29,567 nucleotides of DNA from a virus. Its lineage: Duplodnaviria > Heunggongvirae > Uroviricota > Caudoviricetes. A program made the translations under genes and the position numbers. The notes beneath the pieces were generated by a model. It searched no databases and was not told the DNA's origin. It saw only the letters and a list, made by a program, of their open reading frames with translations. The first letter of the stretch is position 1. Every line of letters begins with the position of its first letter. Shown in pieces: positions 1 through 7,567 of the stretch. The stretch is taken from IMG/VR virus record IMGVR_UViG_3300035208_003871; one strand, written 5' to 3'.

Positions 1-237
1 AACCACACGCGATCAAACGCAGAATTCGTACTCCTTGGAGTGCGTGGTAAAGGAATTAAGAGAGTGTCTGCATCTGTTAGATCAACTGTCATCTCACCTA
101 TCAGAGAACATTCACGAAAACCCGATGAAGTTAGAAGACGAATTGAAGATCTGTACGGTGATGTTCCACGCATTGAGTTATTTGCAAGAGAACGCGCAAT
201 TGGATGGGATTATTTCGGAGACGAGATAGTATTTTAG
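1..237 (+). CDS. MT-A70 family adenine methyltransferase, C-terminal part (5' truncated by window)
   Basis: Frame +1 is open from base 1: NHTRSNAEFVLLGVRGKG...EHSRKPDEVRRRIEDLYGDVPRIELFARE..GWD. This matches the TRxNxExxLxxxRG / HSxKP / RIELFAR motifs of MT-A70 proteins. Confidence 0.88.
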   Translation, partial: NHTRSNAEFVLLGVRGKGIKRVSASVRSTVISPIREHSRKPDEVRRRIEDLYGDVPRIELFARERAIGWDYFGDEIVF

Positions 238-258
238 GAAATGGTGTTTTGGATATAA

Positions 259-537
259 ATGGGAAAGACCGATCACTTCTCTATGATAACATATGTGACA
301 GATGATGGTTTACATTTAGAAGTGGAAGATGAAACTATAAAAACTGTATACGAAAGCGATGATGGTTTCTACAAAGTGGATCATTATGTTTATTATCTCT
401 CTCAAAACGATGAGCACGTAACGGTTGGTGAAACATATCTTGTCTCGAATAAAGAACAGCGTCTATTTGGCGGATTTCATTCTTGCGCGGATGCAGTTAT
501 GTGTATTTTATCAAAGAGATTATGTGATATATTATGA
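259..537 (+). CDS. hypothetical protein (paralog of 534..890)
   Basis: 92-aa ORF in a co-oriented run, ATGA overlap with the next gene. Shares VYE(S/T)DD and a similar C-terminus with the next ORF. Confidence 0.7.
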   Translation: MGKTDHFSMITYVTDDGLHLEVEDETIKTVYESDDGFYKVDHYVYYLSQNDEHVTVGETYLVSNKEQRLFGGFHSCADAVMCILSKRLCDIL

Positions 538-890
538 CTAACAGTGCAATGATGTATGCTGGAGATCAACCAATTGGTTTTGTAACAGACTATCAATATT
601 ATGGAAATCAACAATCTACATGGGATAGTGCATTTCAATGGATTGATAATAGTACATTAGATCATACTTTCGCACCTTATCGATATTTTGATACACCAAC
701 ATTTTTGGGTGGACAAATTGTATATGAAACTGACGATTGGGAAATATTTAAGATGGTTGCCGTCTTAAAAGATGTAATTGATATGTTTGTCGTTGTTAAT
801 AAAAATGATAATGCAATAAGATTTACATCATTAGATTATCTCGAAGCAGAAGCATACATTCACGCGCAGAAAATAAAAGAAATACTATAA
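534..890 (+). CDS. hypothetical protein (paralog of 259..537)
   Basis: 118-aa ORF coupled to the upstream gene. Contains VYETDD and ends NK...A...I...KIKEIL. Confidence 0.7.
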   Translation: MTNSAMMYAGDQPIGFVTDYQYYGNQQSTWDSAFQWIDNSTLDHTFAPYRYFDTPTFLGGQIVYETDDWEIFKMVAVLKDVIDMFVVVNKNDNAIRFTSLDYLEAEAYIHAQKIKEIL

Positions 891-896
891 ATTATT

Positions 897-1127
897 ATGA
901 AAAGAATTGCACAAATCTACGAATTTAATTCCTGTCACAAATGCCCATATGGATCTGGTGGTGAATCATTAGGTAGTCCCATGTATTGCACGTTTTTTGA
1001 ACCACCAAAACAAATAATGAACTCAAACGGACACCCCGTGACAGAAATGGATGAAGATGGTGATCGTCGCTGGATTGCAAAGTTCTGTGAATTACCCAAT
1101 AATGAAATATTCAACGGTATATTATGA
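897..1127 (+). CDS. small Cys-containing protein, possible metal binder
   Basis: 76 aa with CHKCP...YC...FCELP (four Cys). ATGA overlap with the downstream phosphoesterase. Confidence 0.65.
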   Translation: MKRIAQIYEFNSCHKCPYGSGGESLGSPMYCTFFEPPKQIMNSNGHPVTEMDEDGDRRWIAKFCELPNNEIFNGIL

Positions 1128-1804
1128 AACGATTCGCAATTGGTGATATCCACAATCGTTCTTCTGCATTAGAGCAATGTTTAGAACGCAGTGGTTTTGA
1201 TAAAGAAAACGATGTGCTAATATCATTAGGAGATATTGTAGATGGTCCGGATTTAGATCTTTACAAAGTAATGGAAGAACTTCGCACAATAAAAAATCTC
1301 ATTATATGTATTGGAAATCACGATTTGTGGTTCAAAAATTGGGTAGAAACAGGAATGGAGTTGCCAATACATATTCATCAGGGTGGAGAACAGTCGCTGG
1401 CTGCATATGATTACAATCGCAAAAATGTTCCGGAATCTCATATTAATTTGCTAAATTGTGCAACATCATTTTACATTGATGGTAATGCTAATCTGTTTGT
1501 TCATGGTGGGTTTGATGAACGACATTCAATTCAACAGCAGGATTTAGAATTTATTACATGGGACCGGGATTTGGTTTATAAATATGGCCGTGGATATGCT
1601 AAACATCCCGTGAAAGGTTATAAACGTGTGTTTTTGGGGCATACTTCGACACAGGCAATTAAACATAGTTGGGATGCCACTGAACCAATTATAACTGATA
1701 ATGTGATAGCGTTGGATACTGGTGGTGGATGGAATGGAAAATTAACAATTATGGACGTTGATACATTGGAATACTGGCAATCCGATTTACAAACGCCAAG
1801 TTAA
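1124..1804 (+). CDS. calcineurin-like metallophosphoesterase, PPP / lambda-phosphatase-like
   Basis: Motifs GDIH, GDIVDG, GNHD, FVHGG, GHT and DTGG in canonical order. Confidence 0.9.
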   Translation: MKRFAIGDIHNRSSALEQCLERSGFDKENDVLISLGDIVDGPDLDLYKVMEELRTIKNLIICIGNHDLWFKNWVETGMELPIHIHQGGEQSLAAYDYNRKNVPESHINLLNCATSFYIDGNANLFVHGGFDERHSIQQQDLEFITWDRDLVYKYGRGYAKHPVKGYKRVFLGHTSTQAIKHSWDATEPIITDNVIALDTGGGWNGKLTIMDVDTLEYWQSDLQTPS

Positions 1805-1867
1805 TTTTATAATTCCATTACATTTTTAAGATGGTCGGTACTACACTTCAATTGTAAGGTGGTCCGA

Positions 1868-2005
1868 TTGTACAAATACAACACGGAATATAAACATGTC
1901 TTAATCGATGCTAAAAAAGAAATCGATAAGATTGCTAAGGTGCATGGAACCTCTTTTGAATATGTTATCAGGGATATGTATGACTTACATTATCATGATT
2001 ATTGA
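1868..2005 (+). CDS. small hypothetical protein (45 aa, below ORF-track cutoff)
   Basis: AAGGTGG RBS, then TTG at 1868: MYKYNTEYKHVLIDAKKEIDKIAKVHGTSFEYVIRDMYDLHYHDY. The stop overlaps the next start (TTGA) and the ORF fills the 1804-2002 gap. Confidence 0.6.
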   Translation: MYKYNTEYKHVLIDAKKEIDKIAKVHGTSFEYVIRDMYDLHYHDY

Positions 2006-2280
2006 ATAGTATGAGCAAAGCAATGAAGAAAGTTTTGAAACATTATGGAAAAAATTTACAGTTATTTGTCATAATGGAGGAAATGTCGGAACTTATAAAA
2101 GCAATTAGTAAATACGAGCGTGGTATCGCCTGCGATAATAAAGATATCACGGAAGAATTAGCAGACGTTTTACTGGTAATGAAATATGTTAAACTTATAT
2201 ACAATATTAATAGTAAAGACATTAAAAGAATTAAAAAAGAAAAAAAGAAGCGATTGAAAGAACGCATGAAAATTACCTAA
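2002..2280 (+). CDS. MazG-like nucleotide pyrophosphohydrolase
   Basis: EEMSELIKAISK and ITEELADVLL give the EExxE...EExxD signature of all-alpha NTP-PPases. Alternative ATG start at 2011. Confidence 0.85.
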   Translation: MNSMSKAMKKVLKHYGKNLQLFVIMEEMSELIKAISKYERGIACDNKDITEELADVLLVMKYVKLIYNINSKDIKRIKKEKKKRLKERMKIT

Positions 2281-2426
2281 TTATTAACTAATAATAGTTA
2301 GCTTTATATTATTCTATTTTTATATATGTAATCATAGGTGATTACATTAAAATCAATGGTTTATGGGATCTTATTAAGAATGAAGATGGTTCCCAAAACA
2401 CAGTAAAATGGGATTTTCATCGAAAA

Positions 2427-3041
2427 ATGAAAGATACCATTCGTAAAATGATTTCTGAAGATCCTGATGCAACCGGAAAATCTCTATCGGTGCTTGACGA
2501 ATCTGATTTTGATAGACGGATTGCTCAACGTGAAGGTGAAGAAAAACCTGTTCTTGGTGAATTATTCGTTGAAGCAATGATCAAAGATTACAATAGCGCA
2601 TTTGAATCTTACAAGCCGGGAATGGTTGAGCGAAAATTAAAAGATAAAGTTCTTGATTTCTTATTTGCTGCTTATCGTAATGATTCAGCTTATTTCGAAA
2701 GATTTGGTGGAATGATTTCGTGGCTCGTAATTAACAAAGATAAGTTCCCAAATATTAATGGCGATTATATCAAAGTTATTGAAGAACTTCGTGAGTTTTG
2801 GTTAGAGAATGACAGCAGGGTTAGAACTGTTCCGTGGATAGATTGGGGATTTCGTTATGTTATTAAAAAATATAAACGCAGTAGACAAAAGGACTTCTAC
2901 TATAAAAGTGTAAATCATGTATTGCAATTTATTTTTCTTAATGCCGATAAGTGGCAACATCACGAAGCATTTTATCCGGAAAACTGGTTTGGTAATGGGC
3001 GCGGTAAGCAAGTAATGGCATTATACGGAGGATATTTCTAA
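2427..3041 (+). CDS. hypothetical helical protein, paralog of 3041..3544; may start near 2346
   Basis: 204-aa ORF whose frame stays open upstream to 2298, with an AGGTGA RBS at 2336-2341. TAATG coupling to the next gene. Confidence 0.8.
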   Translation: MKDTIRKMISEDPDATGKSLSVLDESDFDRRIAQREGEEKPVLGELFVEAMIKDYNSAFESYKPGMVERKLKDKVLDFLFAAYRNDSAYFERFGGMISWLVINKDKFPNINGDYIKVIEELREFWLENDSRVRTVPWIDWGFRYVIKKYKRSRQKDFYYKSVNHVLQFIFLNADKWQHHEAFYPENWFGNGRGKQVMALYGGYF

Positions 3042-3544
3042 TGACTGAAAATATAGAAGACACAATTGAAAATATTAATACAAATGTTCCACAACAGGCA
3101 CCAGCAGATCCGGTTGTAGATTATTTATCAAGATTACAGTTTAAAACAGATTTATTTTATGTGTTGCACCAGTCACAGGAAGATCCAAATGCATATAATC
3201 AGTTTTTCCAGACTCCTGAACTTTATGTGTTCTTAAATATGATGCAAGTTCTTGAATCATCAGATCCAAATAAAGGAACCGCACTTGGTCAAAAAGAACA
3301 CGAGGCAATGATAAATCTTTGCAAATGGTTAGCCGTGAAATTTGCAACCGATCCTACATGGTTCAGTTATATTGGATGGATGTTCCGGTTTTTCACTGCC
3401 CATCAACACCCGACAAGTTATTGGCCTGTTAAGCACTCGGATAGATTCCTTCCTAAAAACTTTGCAGTAAAGGGAGAACCTATCTCTATTAAGCAGGAAA
3501 ACGAAAATATGAAAAATCCATCAGATGTATTCAAATCTAAATAA
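3041..3544 (+). CDS. hypothetical protein, paralog of 2427..3041
   Basis: 167 aa. CKWLAVKFATDPTWFSYIGWM aligns with LDFLFAAYRNDSAYFERFGGM, and HSDRFLPKNF with HHEAFYPENW. Confidence 0.8.
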   Translation: MTENIEDTIENINTNVPQQAPADPVVDYLSRLQFKTDLFYVLHQSQEDPNAYNQFFQTPELYVFLNMMQVLESSDPNKGTALGQKEHEAMINLCKWLAVKFATDPTWFSYIGWMFRFFTAHQHPTSYWPVKHSDRFLPKNFAVKGEPISIKQENENMKNPSDVFKSK

Positions 3545-3599
3545 TCGATTAATAATTAATATTACTTAGCTTATTATAGTAATACATCATACTATTTTT

Positions 3600-4073
3600 A
3601 TGAAAGATATGTTTTTTGTTGATGTTGCAATAGCAGCAGCAAAACAAGCCACATGTTTACGTAGAAAATTTGGATGCACTATTGTTAATCCAAAAACCCG
3701 CCAAATAATTTCTACTGGTTTTAATGGTTCTCCTCGTGGTAAAGAGCATTGTACAGATATTGAGTGGTGTCTTCGTGAAGAATTGAATATTCCGAGAGGG
3801 GAACAATATGAAAAATGTCGTTCAACGCATGATTTCGAAAATGCAGCGATTCAAGCGGGTAGATTTGCAGAGGGGTGTCATGTGTATGCGGTTGGATTTG
3901 AGGTAAATGATGTTCCCGTAACTATGCCAAAACCTTGTTTTCTCTGTACTAAGATGGCAATAAATGCAGGAATTGAAAAATACTTTGTTTGGACAGGTAG
4001 AAATATTATCGAAATCGATCTTGATTTATTGTATGATAAATATATTCAGGAGATCGTAAGTCAACGTACATAG
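3600..4073 (+). CDS. dCMP deaminase family Zn-dependent deaminase with atypical HxE motif
   Basis: TCLRRKFGCTIV, TGFNGSPRG, C..C and PCFLCTKMAINAGI are typical of the dCMP deaminase/ComEB family. The HAEQNA motif reads HDFENA. Confidence 0.9.
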   Translation: MKDMFFVDVAIAAAKQATCLRRKFGCTIVNPKTRQIISTGFNGSPRGKEHCTDIEWCLREELNIPRGEQYEKCRSTHDFENAAIQAGRFAEGCHVYAVGFEVNDVPVTMPKPCFLCTKMAINAGIEKYFVWTGRNIIEIDLDLLYDKYIQEIVSQRT

Positions 4074-4103
4074 TTTATATTTTGTAAATTTGGAGTACTT
4101 AAT

Positions 4104-4517
4104 ATGTCACTCGAAGTATTACTTTCTCTTGCTATAAAAGATATTGGAGTATTGACAGAGCGAATTAATAGCTTAGAAGCATGTCTGCTCAATAGCACTA
4201 TAGAAGAAGAAGAAGAAATTAACGATGATTCAGAGAGTGATGGTGAAATTACAGGTTATGAACATCGTTTTACTTTCCCTATTTCTGGTAATGTTGATGA
4301 AGATTCAATGTTGAATACACAGCAATGTAGATTTTTACAAAGCTCAATGTATAATGTTCGAATATTCAAACCGTTTAGTGAGGAAACGAATTCACCAATT
4401 ATAATTACAGTAGATATGACTCGCGATGAATTGGATGATTTTATTGCAAAAGATCCGGGTCGTAATTTTAAAGAATTCGTTATTTCCATAAAACCCACGC
4501 TTGAGGATTATTTATGA
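4104..4517 (+). CDS. hypothetical acidic protein
   Basis: 137-aa ORF with GGAG RBS and an upstream TTTATAT box. Short coiled-coil N-terminus followed by an EEEEE acidic linker. Confidence 0.7.
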   Translation: MSLEVLLSLAIKDIGVLTERINSLEACLLNSTIEEEEEINDDSESDGEITGYEHRFTFPISGNVDEDSMLNTQQCRFLQSSMYNVRIFKPFSEETNSPIIITVDMTRDELDDFIAKDPGRNFKEFVISIKPTLEDYL

Positions 4518-4804
4518 GCGCCGAAGTTTACATTTTTACATTAACTTCAATAAATGTTAATGATATTAATGATCGCGTCTCATTTTCCAAAACAATAACA
4601 AGCTTAATGCCGGAGAATATACTTGATAGCGAAAAGAAGGAATTCGAAAAAGGTTATACAATCAGATCAGAAGAAGAAGAAAACAACCAAATCTTCACAA
4701 CCATCACCGAAACCCTTAAAAAAACCGGCTACTGGTCGCCGTGGATGCAAAACTGGACGAGCGCGACAATCTACCTCCTCTACCAAGGCGAAACGAGTGT
4801 ATAA
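4514..4804 (+). CDS. hypothetical protein
   Basis: 96-aa ORF with ATGA overlap to the upstream gene. Its stop lies just past the probable ERCC4 start. Confidence 0.65.
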   Translation: MSAEVYIFTLTSINVNDINDRVSFSKTITSLMPENILDSEKKEFEKGYTIRSEEEENNQIFTTITETLKKTGYWSPWMQNWTSATIYLLYQGETSV

Positions 4805-5483
4805 TAAAAAGGTAGTTGGTCAGGTGGAATTTACTGTTATAGTAGATGATCGTGAAGATGTTCATTATTTAAAACATTTACAGCGAACTTTTCCTACTAT
4901 ATTTTTTGACTACAGACGCATCGAAGAAGGAGATTATGTTTCAGAACACGTAATGGTAGAGCGCAAAACAATTTCTGACTTATGGAGTTCTATTCATGAT
5001 GGAAGATTCCATTCACAAGTAAACCGTATGATGACTCACAATCCAGAAAAGGTTATTGTTTATTTGGTAACTGGATCAGTGGAGGCCGAGAAGGTGAAGA
5101 TGGATAGTCTTCGAGAACGAGGAATTGTCACATCGAAATTTGATCCGGATTTATTGGATAGTTGCATCGCAAGCTTAGTGGTGCGTGAAAACATTCGCGT
5201 GATATGTGATACAAATGAATTACTTGGGCTAAACCGAATAATTAAAATTATGCGCAAGATTGAGGTAGAAAATGTACTCGATATGCCATCACAGCGCGAT
5301 CCGGATATGCTTGCTGCTCGCCTGTTAAACATAAGTAAAAAAGACTGGTTTTCAATAAAGAAGAAATTTGGTACTAGTTTTGCTTATTTGTCAACTTTAT
5401 CGGTTAAGGACTTTATGACTCTTCCGGGATTCGGAAAGATTAAATCTGAAAAAGTTCATCTTATTTTGCAAAATGGGTGGTGA
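4797..5483 (+). CDS. ERCC4/XPF-Mus81 family structure-specific nuclease with C-terminal HhH-like segment
   Basis: VIVDDRE...GDY...VERKTISDLWSSIHDGRFHSQ is the ERCC4 signature, with LPGFGKIKS (HhH-like) at the end. Start placed at GTG 4797 (or 4824) rather than 4623. Confidence 0.9.
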   Translation: MYNKKVVGQVEFTVIVDDREDVHYLKHLQRTFPTIFFDYRRIEEGDYVSEHVMVERKTISDLWSSIHDGRFHSQVNRMMTHNPEKVIVYLVTGSVEAEKVKMDSLRERGIVTSKFDPDLLDSCIASLVVRENIRVICDTNELLGLNRIIKIMRKIEVENVLDMPSQRDPDMLAARLLNISKKDWFSIKKKFGTSFAYLSTLSVKDFMTLPGFGKIKSEKVHLILQNGW

Positions 5484-5556
5484 ATTAGTTGAATAGTATT
5501 AACATTATTCTTATATCCTGTAACAACAATGTATAGATATCACTAAACTCCACTAT

Positions 5557-5638
5557 ACATTTTACACATTTTACACCACATTATAAACAATTTATAAACA
5601 CTTTTATTAAACACTTTTATTAACACATTTTATTAAAC
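5557..5638 (+). repeat. degenerate tandem repeat, about 7 units of 8-14 nt, consensus AC(A)TTTTAT(T)AAAC; candidate replication origin
   Basis: ACATTTAC ACATTTTTAC ACC ACATTATAAAC AATTTATAAAC ACTTTTATTAAAC ACTTTTATTAAC ACATTTTATTAAAC, inside a G-free tract (5537-5660). Confidence 0.8.
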
Positions 5639-5670
5639 ACCAAACTTTCTCAAACTTAACGCATAAGGAG

Positions 5671-6915
5671 GTGCGTAACATCGTCAGTATATACGATGAT
5701 GTATTAACGGAATTAAATAGAAGAAAAGTTCAGGATTACGAAAAGTTCGGTCCATATTTTGCAATTTCATTTGCATGTCATGCATTCAACCTTATGAATG
5801 AAGATCGTCGGATCTTTATGTCAAGTGGGCAGCTTCCGAATATGAGATTGCATCTTCTATTTATGGCACCTCCCGGATGTGGAAAATCGTTCTTTTTGAA
5901 ACAATTCGGAAATCTTACCACCGGGATTTTGAAACATACCGGGCATCCGCTTCATATGGAAGGATCAATGAGTGAAGCTGGGTTAATTGGGACCGTAAGA
6001 ACTGAACCTGATGGAACGGTTACTGTTGTTCCGGGAGCTGCGCGAGAACATCACAAATCCGTATTTATAATTGATGAATTTATGGCAATGATGTCTGCGA
6101 TGAAAGCCGGATATAACAGTCAACTTGAAGCGCAGTTACTGACGGCGTTGGATAGTGGAGATGTAAGTAAGAGATTGGCGAATGGTCCAATTGAGTATCA
6201 TACATCATTTAGTTTATGGTGTGGTATCCAGCCGGTTAAAGCGAGTTTGGAAGGTGGACTTGGGCGACGATTTTGTTTTTTATTAAATGTTCCAACTGAA
6301 GCGGATATGGATCGGTATGCAGATGCTATTGCTGAGTCAGATAATATCACTGTTGACAACACCACACTAGAAAATTTTCGTAAAAAAGTGACTTTTTGGA
6401 TTTCGTCACTAAATATGATCGAGCAAGTTACCTTTGATAAAGAGATCTATGAACTACTACGCCATGTCGTGAAAGCATATTCGTATGAGTATGATGTCTA
6501 CAAAAGGATCACACTTGGATATCACTTATCTAAGTACGGGGCTTCTAAACATGTCCACGTGACGCTGGATGAAGATCTGATTAAGATCATATTGCAGCAG
6601 GGTGACTGGAGATGGAAAATCATGCAGGGACCACGGGTTCAGCAGATAATCGAGGTCATAAGATACGCAGGTTACACATTTCCGGATACTGGAGAATTCG
6701 GCTTAACAAAATCTGAATTAATCAGACATGGAGTATCGATGCAACTTTCCGCAAACCTCGTCCATGAAATAACACTTGACGCGGCCCGACTCGGTTATGT
6801 TAAAATAAAGGGAAACAAAATATGCATGGAAGCCGGAGCAATGTTAGATTCTCCCATTATGCAGCGCGCAATAGATAAAGGAATTATTAAAGATAAAAAT
6901 GGTACGACATGTTAG
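5671..6915 (+). CDS. mcm: MCM-family AAA+ ATPase/helicase, compact form lacking the usual N-terminal domain
   Basis: Walker A APPGCGKS, MCM-like SEAGLIGTV...VPGA, Walker B FIIDEF, LLTALDSGDVSK, Arg-finger GLGRRF and a possible C-terminal winged helix. Confidence 0.8.
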   Translation: MRNIVSIYDDVLTELNRRKVQDYEKFGPYFAISFACHAFNLMNEDRRIFMSSGQLPNMRLHLLFMAPPGCGKSFFLKQFGNLTTGILKHTGHPLHMEGSMSEAGLIGTVRTEPDGTVTVVPGAAREHHKSVFIIDEFMAMMSAMKAGYNSQLEAQLLTALDSGDVSKRLANGPIEYHTSFSLWCGIQPVKASLEGGLGRRFCFLLNVPTEADMDRYADAIAESDNITVDNTTLENFRKKVTFWISSLNMIEQVTFDKEIYELLRHVVKAYSYEYDVYKRITLGYHLSKYGASKHVHVTLDEDLIKIILQQGDWRWKIMQGPRVQQIIEVIRYAGYTFPDTGEFGLTKSELIRHGVSMQLSANLVHEITLDAARLGYVKIKGNKICMEAGAMLDSPIMQRAIDKGIIKDKNGTTC

Positions 6916-7360
6916 TGTTACATTAACTGATGCAACTGGTGTGAGATTGGAACAAATGAAAATTCCACCTACCAGAATCTGCAATGCGATGATCGAGTGG
7001 TTTCTCAATGAGTATGAAGCCGACATAGGAAAACTTTTTATATTAGAACATGTGCGAGAACAAGTCACGAGATTAGAGATAGAAGTGGCACAACTCGAAT
7101 ACAAAAAAGGAATGTTAAAAGTGTTAGCGCGAGAACTGCAACTTATGGAAGAAGAATATAAAGATTCTAACAATAAATTGGAATTACATTATCTTATGTC
7201 CTATTTAAACAGACGAATCATTGCTTACAAATATAATCTTCGTGAAATAAAACTCAAACAAAAAGATACCATTGATAAAATCAGAAAATTAAATCCTCAA
7301 TTTGCGCTAGAAAAACACGTAAATAAAATAAGGTTAATGAGAGAAGAAACTATAATTTAA
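6899..7360 (+). CDS. putative ribbon-helix-helix DNA-binding protein with coiled coil
   Basis: N-terminus RHVSVTL-TDATGVRLEQM-PPTRICNAMIEWFL fits a beta-alpha-alpha RHH pattern, followed by a heptad region. Overlaps the end of mcm. Confidence 0.55.
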   Translation: MVRHVSVTLTDATGVRLEQMKIPPTRICNAMIEWFLNEYEADIGKLFILEHVREQVTRLEIEVAQLEYKKGMLKVLARELQLMEEEYKDSNNKLELHYLMSYLNRRIIAYKYNLREIKLKQKDTIDKIRKLNPQFALEKHVNKIRLMREETII

Positions 7361-7375
7361 ATTATAATTAATAAA

Positions 7376-7567
7376 TTATTCATATTGTAGATCAACTATC
7401 ATAACTTCGTCTTTTTTCACTGTGATGTTTCTAACCATTTCACCATCAGTTTCAGAGTTGTAACAGTTAAATACGTATTCGTCACCGAGTTCTTCCCATT
7501 CAATAAATGGATATTCATACTTTAATTCGTATGGAATTTTTACTAGATAAACTACAAGTTTTTGCAT
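7376..7567 (-). CDS. hypothetical protein
   Basis: 63-aa ORF abutting the phosphoesterase stop. Last gene of the minus-strand block. Confidence 0.6.
   Translation of the reverse strand: MQKLVVYLVKIPYELKYEYPFIEWEELGDEYVFNCYNSETDGEMVRNITVKKDEVMIVDLQYE

Noticed and set aside
35-229. 64-aa ORF overlapping the methyltransferase
   Set aside because: It is an alternative frame of the MT-A70 coding sequence, which carries the recognisable motifs.
4623-4796. Lys/Arg-rich N-terminal extension of the ERCC4 nuclease
   Set aside because: It lies wholly inside the 4514..4804 gene. Basic composition is expected from a shifted reading of GAA-rich codons, and the nuclease domain starts right after 4797.
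5557-5638. Possible CRISPR array or Borg-type perfect tandem repeat
   Set aside because: Units are short, degenerate and adjacent with no unique spacers and no cas genes. They are not perfect repeats.
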